A stretch of 64,000 nucleotides of DNA from NCBI GenBank assembly GCA_002269645.1, contig NIVC01001381.1, positions 62,001 to 126,000 of the forward strand. Reading direction: 5' to 3'. This DNA comes from Macrostomum lignano. Lineage: Eukaryota. Below are positions 11,634 through 22,753 of this stretch, in pieces; position 1 is the stretch's first letter; the number at the start of each line of letters is the position of its first letter. A model generated the notes under the pieces. It saw only the letters and a list, made by a program, of their open reading frames with translations. It searched no databases and was not told where the DNA came from. The position numbers and the translations under genes are program-made.

Positions 11634-14039
11634 TAAACAAAGACAGGTAGCATTCCAACAAAAGACTGAACAGTCTTGATCCGCCAAACTCACCTGCAGA
11701 ATTCTCTGACCATCCTGCATCAGGTCCTCCTCTGTCTCATCCTCCTGATCTCGATCGCTCCACCTTTGCCCCAAGGCGAGCCTTCGTCCAATAAGTACGG
11801 AACCGTCCATCGTCAACAGCATGTCCTTCAGCACCACGGCGTTGGTTGGGTCAAGATCGCGAACTGTTTCTCCAGTCTGGACGCTGACAATCTTCATCCG
11901 GTAGGTAACGCAGCGCTCACCATCAGGCAGGAGACACAGAATCCCAGAGTCGAAGGTCTTGCTTACGGATACAACTCCCAGGTTAACATCGTAGGTCACG
12001 AGTTGACCAGGCCAGCACATGACCTCGCGGTGAAGAGCTCTGGTGTAGCTTTCAATACCTACGCATCGGTACTGAACGATCACGTGACCCAGATGTCCTG
12101 GTCGAGCAAACAACATCTCCGGTTGACAATGATCGTCGTGTTTCAGTTTCAGAGAAAATTGCAGCACCAGTTGAAGCCCGTTCTGGGCTAGACAGAGCAT
12201 AGCGGCTGACACCTTGGATGAGTCGCCGCCTGCCGCTTGAGTCAGCAACTCGGACAGCTTCGGTACGATCTCAGCGGCCAGTGGGGCGCCACTTTCCTGG
12301 TCAACTGAGCTTTCCTGCAAAGGAAAGTAGAGGGACTGAGTTATGTTTAGATAGGAATTTCAAGATCAAACTGAATCTGGCTTAGTAAGACTCTGGTTTG
12401 GACTCAAGACTACGAGTAAAAATCCCGTGTTTGTGAATTAGTCATTCGTGAAAATTGACTCAATGATATTACAATTAGGCTGTATCTGCAACCAAACTCA
12501 CCAGGTACTCAGCAATCTTCAATCGCAGCAGCTCTCTAGCCTGGCTGATTGCAAATTTGTTTAGCTCCAGTTCGCCTTGCGACCCGCCGTCCGTGGCAAC
12601 TGCCAGGTCGAAGCGCGCATCCGCCTGCGCCAGATCGCTGGCAGCTGCGCGCATCGCTTCAACTGCAGCTCGGCGAGTTGCATAACTTAAAAATGCCTCA
12701 CCGATCGGAAGTTTCGACGGCAGTTGCGGCGCTTTCAGGCGTTCAATACGGCGAGTAAGTAGATCAGCGCACAGAATCTGGACAGTTTTCTTCAACAGTA
12801 GAAACATTTGACCTTTGTCGCTGGATAGAACTCCGAAATAGTCGGAAGCTTCATCAAACATAGGCGGTCTGTGCTCATCTTTGGCCAACAGGTACCCCAC
12901 TGGTAGCGAAGTGAACTGGGGGTGATTTGTGATTATTACCGTCAACTCTGTGCGGCTTGGATCGATCGAGTTTGAGTCAACATCAAACAGAGTTCCATTG
13001 GTCAGTGTCGTTGACTCCGAGTCTACCAGACGCATGCCCAGATACCTTGGATCTTGCACTAAAACCAGATTAACGCATTTCAATTCGTCCCAATTCTGAT
13101 TGTAGTCCTTGAGAAAAGGATCTAGATGCTTAACGAAATCATCTGCGGTGTTATCTTCTGGTTTGGATTCTTCAGCTTTCTCAGAACCTTTTAGGTAATT
13201 ATCTTCGTCCTCCTCCGCGAAGACTCCCATAGCATCAGAAGCGTTGCTGCTGTCTTTGCCTCTGATATCGATTACAATGCGACTCCTTCCAGTTCCAAAG
13301 TCTACTTCCACCGCTTGTCCTTGATTGACTTGCTGGTCGTAGAATGATGAAATCATTTTACCAGATTGACCAGGGCGATATGCAAATAGACCCTGTTTTA
13401 TCATTTTAGTGCTGATCTTCGCCTTATCAAAGTCGCCTATGGAGGCCTGCAGAGCGGACAGTTTCAGTATCTTCAGGTGCACCCACGAGTCATTGGCAAC
13501 TGATTCATCCGGGAGCAAGTTGATCGCCAAGAAGTCTGTGCCGCTAGGCTGGCCCAGGCTGTAGAATTCGGAATTTCCAGTTAAAGTGCGCAGAAAACTG
13601 CCATCTCTGGCGGACCATAGGTTTAACATGCAGCCAGATCTGCCTTTTGAGAGCAACAAGTCACCATTAGAACTGATGAATAGAGAGTCCATCAGAGGCG
13701 CTATTTCCTTACTGTCGTCCTGGTCTAAATTGTGCGTCTCCTCTAGCACTGGACTAGCAATCTAGCGCGGCCCCCCTTTGGGGCGCCCAATAAGAAAGGA
13801 GCAAAAATAGTTCACGGAAAACAATAAAAAAGCACATTTTCTTAAACACCAATTTCTTCTTCACTTTTAAAAATCACCTTAGCTTGTATTTGGGTAAAAT
13901 TGTCATGGACAAAGATGTTTAAAAAGTGAAAGAATCACTTTTTCTCTAAAATTAACAAACAGACAACCAACAAAATATAGCTTCCCCTAAATAGAAAATA
14001 TTCCCAAGACAGCAAGCACCCCCCTCCAAAAGTAAACAA

Positions 14040-14340
14040 CCGCAGATAGCAGGCATCCTCTAATGCTCATAGCAAGCATCACCCTAGATAGCAAGCATCT
14101 GCAGATAACAAGCATCCCCCAGATAGAAGCATCCTGCAGATAGGAAGCACCCCCCCCCCCAGATATTATCGAAGCATCCACATAAATAGCAAGCATCCTG
14201 CAGATAGCAAGAATCCCTAAATAGCAGGCATCCCTGGATAGAAAGAATCCCATACATGTAGCCAGTACCCCCCCTCCCAAATAGCAAATATCCCCCTCGA
14301 GAGCAAGCATCCTCCAGATAGCAAGCATCCGCGAGACAGC
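14040..14340. repeat. Degenerate 18/19-bp array (CAGATAGCAAGCATCCCC)
   Basis: Same unit as 16600-17045. Confidence 0.8.
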
Positions 14341-14539
14341 AAGTAGCTAGTGCAAATGTTACCTCTGCTAATGCAATAATCGCTTTCTCAGGTTGTGCAA
14401 CAATCCACGTCTCAGTGAGCGCAATAATCTCTCTTTTAGACAGCGCAATAATCAGCTTCTCAGCTAGTGCAATAATCCTTTACTCATCAAGTCCAAAAAT
14501 CGATGTCTCAGCTAGTGCAAAAGCCCTTTCTAATCTAGT

Positions 14540-14885
14540 GCAATAATCCTTGGCTTATCGAGTGCAATAATCCTTGGTTTATCAAGTGCAATATTCATTG
14601 TTATCAAGTGCAATAATCGATGGCTTATCAAGTGCAATAATCTTTGGTTTATCAAGCGCAGTAATCTTTGGCTTATCAAGTGCAATATTCATTGGCTTAT
14701 CAAGTGCAATAATCCTTGGTTTATCAAGTGCAATATTCCTTGATTTATCAAGCGAAGTTATCCTTGGTTTATCAAGTGCAGTAATCCTTGGCTTATCAAG
14801 CGCAGTAATTCTTGGTTTATCAAATGCAATAATCCTTGATTTATTATCAAGTGCAGTAATCCTTGGTTTATCTAGCGCCATGATT
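14540..14885. repeat. 24-bp minisatellite (TTATCAAGTGCAATAATCCTTGGT)
   Basis: Tandem units read directly. Confidence 0.85.
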
Positions 14886-14924
14886 CAGGTCTTTTTAATT
14901 AGTTTTTTAATAAAAGCTAATAAA

Positions 14925-15925
14925 AAGTAGCAGACATTCTTAGAATACAAAGTAGAAGAGATTCTTAGAATACAAAGTAGAAGAGATTCTTAGAATACAA
15001 AGTAGAAAAGATTCTTAGAATACAAAGTAGAAAATATTCTTGGAATACAAAGTAGAAGAGATTCTTAGAATACAAAGTAGAAGACATTCTAAGAATACAA
15101 AGTAGAAAAGATTCTTAGAATACAAAGTAGAAGAGATTCGATCTTAGAATACAAAGTAGAAGAGATTCTTAGAATAGAAAGTAGAAGACATTCTTAGAAT
15201 ACAAATTAGAAGAGATTCTTAGAATAAAAAGTAGTAGACATTCTTAGAATACAAATTAGAAGAGATTCTTAGAATACAAAGTAGAAGACATTCTTAGAAT
15301 ACAAAGTAGAAGATATTTTTAGAATACAAAGTAGAAGACATTCTTCGAATAGAAAGTAGAAGAGATTCTTATAATACAAGTAAAAGAGATTCTTAGAATA
15401 CAAAGTAGAAGACATTCTTAGAATACAACAAAATAGAAGAGATTCTTAGAATACAAATTAGAAGAGATTCTTAGAATAAAAAGTAGAAGAGATTCTTAGA
15501 ATACAAAATAGAAGTCATTCTTAGAATACAAAGTAGAAGATATTTTTAGAATACAAAGTAGAAGAGATTCTTAGAATAAAAAGTAGAATTCATTCCAAGA
15601 ATACAAAGTAGAAGAGATTCTTAGAATACAAAGTAGAAGAGATTCTTAGAATAGAAAGTAGAAGACATTCTTAGAATACAAAGTAGAAGACATTCTTAGA
15701 ATCAACAAAGTAGAAGAGATTCTTAGAATACAAAAAGTAGAAGACATAAGTAGAAGAGATTCTTAGAATAGAAAGTAGAAGACATTCTTAGAATACAAAG
15801 TAGAAGACATTCTTAGAATCAACAAAGTAGAAGAGATTCTTAGAATACAAAAAGTAGAAGACATTCTTAGAATACAAAGTAGAAGAAATTCTTAGAATGC
15901 AAAAGTAGAAGAGATTCTTAGAATA
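14925..15925. repeat. 25-bp minisatellite (AGTAGAAGAGATTCTTAGAATACAA)
   Basis: About 40 tandem units. Confidence 0.95.
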
Positions 15926-16599
15926 GATTTATATATCCAACACTCACACCAAGTCAATTGAGTTAAAGTCACACGAAGCAGTTATGACATAATCAATTTC
16001 TTAGGCAAGTCAGTACCAGTCTCTATTAAAGTTAGCAATATATGGTTACGCAATATAATTCAAATGTTGTGCTATGCTTCCACACTGCGTTTTCAATACT
16101 GTGACGCAATTCAATTCAGTGTCAAAATTCAGCCAGTACACAGACGATAAATAAAAAGCCTATTGTGATGATGCAATCTATTTCAGAATCAGAATTCAAC
16201 CAGTCAGTTTTTTCTCTAGCATTCTTACAATGCATTTCAAGTCGAAAAGTTTGCTTGACCTTTGCAAAAAAGCATGTTTTTCGAATATTTAATCCCTTTA
16301 GCATCGAGCAATTTCTTAGCCAAGATACATGTACCGTCCTGGGAAAATTTCTGATCAAACAGTGCAAATTCGAACAAAATCGGTCAAGCCATTCAGGAGA
16401 TAATCGATTTCGTAAAAACAAACAAACATCACATTTTTAGTATATGGACTAGCAATCTTCGCCCCCCGATGGGGGACATCTGGATAGAATCTCTGTTCTC
16501 TACAATTAACAAAAAGACAGCCAAAAAATCCTTCACAAAGACAACAGACAAACTGCTCAAATGAAGTGAATTGCAATAAGAAATCTTCCCAAGACCACA

Positions 16600-17045
16600 A
16601 GCATCCCCCAGATAGCAAGCATCCTCCAGATAGCAAGCATTTTCCCAGATAGCAAGCATCCCCAAGATAGCAAGCATCCTCCAGATAGCAAGCATCCCCC
16701 AGATAGCAAGCATCCCCCAGATAGCAAGCATCCCCCAGATAGCAAACATCCCCAGATAGCAAGCATCCCCAGATAGCAAGCATCACTCAGATAGCAAGCA
16801 TCCCTCAGATAGCAAGCATCCACCAGATAGCAAGCATCCCCCAGATAGCAAACATCCCCCAGATAGCAAGCATCCCCCAGATAGCAAGCATTCCCCAGAT
16901 AGCAAGCATTCCCCAGATAGCAAGCATCCCCCAGAAAGCAAGCATCCTCCAAATAGCAAGCATCCCCCAGAAAGCAAGCATCCTCCAAATAGCAAGCATC
17001 CCCAAGATAGATAGCATCCCCAAATAGCAACCATCCACCAGACAA
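16600..17045. repeat. 18-bp minisatellite (CAGATAGCAAGCATCCCC)
   Basis: About 24 units; source of the GDACYL ORFs. Confidence 0.9.
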
Positions 17046-17139
17046 TAAGTAGCTAGAGCGACAATTTCCTTAGCTTTATAGTGGCTCCTTTAAATTGGCA
17101 TGGCGCTTTATACCTTTACATTTGAAATTGGATATCTTG

Positions 17140-20100
17140 AATGTTTGACATGGTGGCTCTTTTATGTTTGACATAGTGGCTCTTCTATGTTTGACATGGT
17201 GGCTCTTTTATGTTTGACATAGTGGCTCTTTTATGTTCGACATGGTGGCTCTTCTATGTTTGACATGGTGGCTTTTTTAGGTTTGACATGGTGGCTCTTT
17301 TATGTTTGACATGTTGACTTTTTTATGTTCGACACGGTGGCTTTTTAATGTTCGACATGGTGGCTCTTTTAGGTTTGAACCGGTGGCTCTTTAATGTTTG
17401 ACATGGTGGCTCTTTAATGTTCGACATGGTGGCTCTTTTATGTTCGACATGGTGGCTCTTTAATGTTTGACATGGTGGCCCTTTAATGGTTAACATGGCG
17501 GCTCTTTAATTTTCGAAATGGTGGCTCCTTAATTTTCGAAATGGTGGCTGTTTTATGTTTGACATGGTGGCTCTTTAATGTTCGACATGGTGGCTCTTTA
17601 ATGTTTGACATGGTGTCTGTTTTATGTTTGATATGGTGGCTCTTTAATGTTCGACATGGTGGCTCTTTAATGTTTGACATGGTAACTCTTTTATGTTTGA
17701 TATGGTGGCTCTTTAATGTTCGACATGGTGGCTCTTTAATGTTCGACATGGTGGCTCTTTAATGTTCGACATGGTGGCTCTTTTATGTTTGACATAGTGG
17801 CTCTTCTATGTTTGACATGGTGGCTCTTTAATGTTTGACATGGTGCTCTATTATGTTTGACATGGTGGCTCTTCTATGTTTGACATGGTGGCTTTTTTAG
17901 GTTTGACATGGTGGCTCTTTTATGTTTGACATGTTGGCTTTTTAATGTTCGACATGGTGGCTTTTTAATGTTCGACATGGTGGCTCCTTTAGGTTTGAAA
18001 TGGTGGCTCTTTAATATTTGACAAGGTGGCTCTTTAATGTTCGACATGGTGGCTCTTTTAGGTTTGAACCGGTGGCTCTTTAATGTTTGACATGGTGTCT
18101 GTTTTATGTTTGACATGGTGGCTCTTTAATGTTCGACATGGTGGCTCTTTAATGTTCGACATGGTGGCTCTTTAATTTTTAACATGGTGACTCTTTTATG
18201 TTCGACATGGTGGCTCCTTAAGGTTTGAAATATTGGCTCTTTAATGTTTAACATGGTGGCTTTTCTATGTTCGACATGGTGGCTTTTCTATGTTCGACAT
18301 GGTGGCTCTTGTATGTTCGACATGGTGGCTCTTTTAATGGTCGACATGGTGGCTCTTTAATGTTCTTCATGTTGGCTCTTTTATGTTTGACATGGTGGCT
18401 TTTTTATGTTTGACATGGTGGCTCTTTTATGTTCTACATAGCTGCTCTTTTATGTTCGACATTGTGGCTCTTGTATGTTCGACAGGGTCGCTCTTTTAGG
18501 TTTGAAATGGTGGCTCTTTAATATTTGACAAGGTGGCCCTTTAATGTTTAACATGGCGGCTCTTAAATTTTCGAAATGGTGGCTGTTTTATATTTGAGAT
18601 GGTGGCTCTTTAATGTTCGACATGGTGGCTCTTTAATGTTCTTAATGGTGTCTGTTTTATGTTTGACATGGTTGCTCTTTTATGTTCGACATGGTGGCTC
18701 TTTAATTTTTAACATGGTAACTCTTTTATGTTTGATATGGTGGCTCTTTTATGTTCGACATGGTGGCTCTTGTATGTTCGACATGGTGGCTTCTTTAGGT
18801 TTGAAATGGTGGCTCTTTAATATTTGACAAGGTGGCTCTTTAATGTTCGACATGGTGGCTCTTTTAGGTTTGAAATGGTGGGTCTTTAATGCTTGACAAT
18901 GTGGCTCTTTAATGTTCGACATGGTGGCTCTTTAATGTTTGACATGGTAACTCTTTTATGTTTGATATGGTGGCTCTTTTATGTTCGACATGGTGGCTCT
19001 TTAATGTTTGACATGGTGGCTCTTTAATGTTTGACATGGTAACTCTTTTATGTTTGATATGGTGGCTCTTTTATGTTCGACATGGTGGCTCTTGTATGTT
19101 CGACATGGTGGCTTCTTTAGGTTTGAAATGGTGGCTCTTTAATATTTGACAAGGTGGCTCTTTAATGTTTGACATGGTGGCTCTTTAATGTTTGACATGG
19201 TGGCTCTTTTAGGTTTGAAATGGTGGCTTTTTAATGTTTGACAATGTGGCTCTTTAATGTTTGACATGGTGGCTTTTTAATGTTCGTCATGGTGGCTCTT
19301 TTAGGTTTGAACCGGTGGCTCTTTAATGTTTGACATGGTGGCTCTTTAATGTTTGACATGGTGTCTGTTTTATGTTTGACATGGTGGCTCTTTAATGTTC
19401 GACATGGTGGCTCTTTTAGGTTTGAACCGGTGGCTCTTTAATGTTTGACATGGTGGCTCTTTAATGTTTGAAATGGTGGCTCTTTAATGTTCGACATGGT
19501 GGCTCTTTAGTTTTTAACATGGTGACTCTTTTATGTTCGACATGGTGGCTCCTTTAGGTTTGAAATATTGGCTCTTTAATGTTTAACATGGTGGCTTTTC
19601 TATGTTCGACATGGTGGCTTTTCTATGTTCGACATGGTGGCTCTTGTATGTTCGACATGGTGGCTCTTTTATGTTCGACATGGTGGCTCTTGTATGTTCG
19701 ACAGGGTCGCTCTTTTAGGTTTGAAATGGTGGCTCTTTAATATTTGACAAGGTGGCTCTTTAATGTTCGACATGGTGGCTCTTTAATGTTTGACATGGTG
19801 GCTCTTTTAGGTTTGACAAGGTGGCCCTTTAATGTTTAACATAGCGGCTCTTAAATTTTCGAAATGGTGGCTCCTTAATTTTCGAAATGGTGGCTGTTTT
19901 ATATTTGACATGGTGGCTCTTTAATTTTTAACATGGTGGCTCTTTTAGGTTTGAAACGGTGGCTCTTTAATGTTTGACATGGTGACTCTTTAATGTTTGA
20001 CATGGTGGCTTTTCTATGTTCGACATGGTGGCTCTTGTATGTTCGACATGGTGGCTTCTTTAGGTTTGAAATGGTGGCTCTTTAATATTTGACAAGGTGG

Positions 20101-21280
20101 CTCTTTAATGTTCGACATGGTGGCTCTTTAATGTTTGACATGGTGGCTCTTTTAGGTTTGAAATGGTGGGTCTTTAATGCTTGACAATGTGGCTCTTTAA
20201 TGTTTGACATGGTGGCTCTTTAATGTTCGACATGGTGGCTCTTTAATGTTTGACATGGTAACTCTTTTATGTTTAATATGGTGGCTCTTTTATGTTCGAC
20301 ATGGTGGCTCTTTAATGTTTGACATGGTGGCTATTGAATGTTTGACATGGTAACTATTTTAGGTTTGAAATGGTGGGTCTTTAATGCTTGACAATGTGGC
20401 TCTTTAATGTTTGACATGGTAACTCTTTTATGTTTGATATGGTGGCTCTTTTATGTTCTTAATGGTGTCTGTTTTATGTTTGACATGGTGGCTCTTTAAT
20501 TTTTAACATGGTGGCTCTTTTAGGTTTGAAACGGTGGCTCTTTAATGTTTGACATGGTGACTCTTTAATGTTTGACATGGTGGCTTTTCTATGTTCGACA
20601 TGGTGGCTCTTGTATGTTCGACATGGTGGCTTCTTTAGGTTTGAAATGGTGGCTCTTTAATATTTGACAAGGTGGCTCTTTAATGTTCGACATGGTGGCT
20701 CTTTAATGTTTGACATGGTGGCTCTTTTAGGTTTGAAATGGTGGGTCTTTAATGCTTGACAATGTGGCTCTTTAATGTTTGACATGGTGGCTCTTTAATG
20801 TTCGACATGGTGGCTCTTTAATGTTTGACATGGTAACTCTTTTGTGTTTAATATGGTGGCTCTTTTATGTTCGACATGGTGGCTCTTTAATGTTTGACAT
20901 GGTGGCTATTGAATGTTTGACATGGTAACTATTTTAGGTTTGAAATGGTGGGTCTTTAATGCTTGACAATGTGGCTCTTTAATGTTTGACATGGTAACTC
21001 TTTTATGTTTGATATGGTGGCTCTTTTATGTTCGACATGGTGGCTCTTTAATTTTCGACATGGTGGCTCCTTTAGGTTTGAAATGGTGGCTCTTTAATGT
21101 TTGACATGGTGGCTCTTCTATGTTCGACATGGTGGCTCTTTAATGTTCGACATGGTGGCTCTTTAATTTTTAACATGGTAACTCTTTTATGTTCGATATG
21201 GTGGCTCTTTTATGTTCGACATGGTGGTTCTTTAATGTTCGACATGGTGGCTCCTTTAGGTTTGACATGGTGGCTCTTCT
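17140..21280. repeat. 23/24-bp satellite (TGTTCGACATGGTGGCTCTTTAA) with higher-order blocks
   Basis: About 4.1 kb; long variant blocks recur (e.g. ~19900-20450 versus ~20490-21040). Confidence 0.95.
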
Positions 21281-21896
21281 ATTGCGCTTTTTTTATGTTT
21301 AGCAGTTTTTTAGTTTTTAAGGTGTTTTAATAAAAAAATTATTTTGCGCTTCTAAGACTCGAACCCAGGTCGCTACATTAGCATTCCAGTCTGTTCGCAT
21401 CAGGGCTATCTCTTTTCAATTGGAGAACATGAATTGTGGCCCTTATAATTCAATTCTTACAGCAAGTCAATTGGAGTAAAAAGTTATGACATAATCAATT
21501 TCTCAGTCAGCCAGTATCAGTCTCACTTCGAGTTAGCAATATGGTTACGCAATTTCAATCAAGTCGTGTGTGCATTTCTTCGGCACTGTTTTCAACTTGT
21601 TGTGATGCAATCTTTATCAGAATTGAAATTCAGTCAGTCAGTTTTTTTCTCTAGCATTCTTACAATGCATTTCAAGTCGAAAATTTTGCTTGACCTTTGC
21701 AAAAAAGCGTGTTTTTCGAATATTTAATCCCTTTAACATTGAGCAATTTCTTAGCCAAGATGCATGTACTGTGCCAGGAAAATTTCTGATCGAATGATGC
21801 AAGTTTGAAGAAAATCGGTTGAGCCGTTTTTTCTGAAATCAATCGCATACCCATATACATACATACATACAGACAACTCATTTTTAGTATATAGGA

Positions 21897-22753
21897 CTAG
21901 CTAATTAGAGCTGGCTGCCAGCATCCAGAATAATTTTTATTGCCCCCCCTTTAAGTGGGGCCCAGTGAGTTTTCTTATCAGTTGGCTCTGGCGCAATCAA
22001 TTAAAATTGACTGTGAAGTTTCTGGCTGATAAAATTTGCATTGAAAAATGCCATTTAAAACAGTTTTTCGAATATTTAATCCCTTAAGCATTGAAGCAGA
22101 TACAAGAAATTTTAACCGTCTTCTTTCCAGACAATTTTGAATATTTTGGCGAAAACGCGATCAAAATCGGTGAAGAATTGCAGTCTCTAGAGCGTTATGG
22201 ACATTCAAGCATACAAACAAACAAACAAATATTAGAGATTTAGTATATTTAGATAGAAGATAGAAGATAGATAGAAGATAGATAGATAGATAGATTAGAA
22301 GAAGAAGATTAGAAGATAGATAGAAGATAGAAGATAGAAGATTAGTATATTTAGATAGCTAATTAGAGCTGGCTGCCAGCAGCCAGAATAATTTTTTATT
22401 GCCCCCCTTTAAGTGGGGCCCAGTGAGTTTTCTTATCAGTTCGCTCTGGCGCAATCAATTAAAATTGGCAGTGAAGTTTCTCGCTGATAAAATTTGCATT
22501 GAAAAAGGCCATTTAAAACAGTTTTTCGAATATTTAATCCCTTTAGCATTAAAGCAGTTACAAGAAATTTTAACTGTCTTCTTTCCAGACAATTTTGAAT
22601 CTTTTGGTGAAAACGCGATCAAAATCGGTGAAGAATTGCAGTCTCTAGAGCGTTATGGACATTCATTCATTCAAGCATACAAACCTTAGAGATTTAGTAT
22701 ATTTAGATAGAAGATAGAAGATAGAAGAAGATTAGAGATTTAGTATATTTAGA
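21897..22753 (-). mobile_element. Two tandem short Helitron-like units (21897-22355 and 22356-22753)
   Basis: Near-identical ~360-bp copies; 3' end AATTAGCTAG with a GCTGGC-T-GCCAGC hairpin; 5' end TCTAAATATACTAA repeated with AGATAGA microsatellite. Confidence 0.75.

Larger units (their letters stand above)
13754..16448 (-). mobile_element. Non-autonomous Helitron-like unit 1
   Basis: Minus strand starts TCCATATACTAAAAATG and ends GATTGCTAG, with a GC-rich hairpin (GCGCCCC-AAA-GGGGGGCC) just inside the CTAG; contains 18-, 24- and 25-bp arrays. Confidence 0.75.
16449..21896 (-). mobile_element. Non-autonomous Helitron-like unit 2
   Basis: Minus strand starts TCCTATATACTAAAAATG and ends GATTGCTAG with a CCCCC/GGGGG hairpin; its ~450-bp 5' segment (21460-21896) is homologous to unit 1 (15950-16448). 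Confidence 0.75.
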
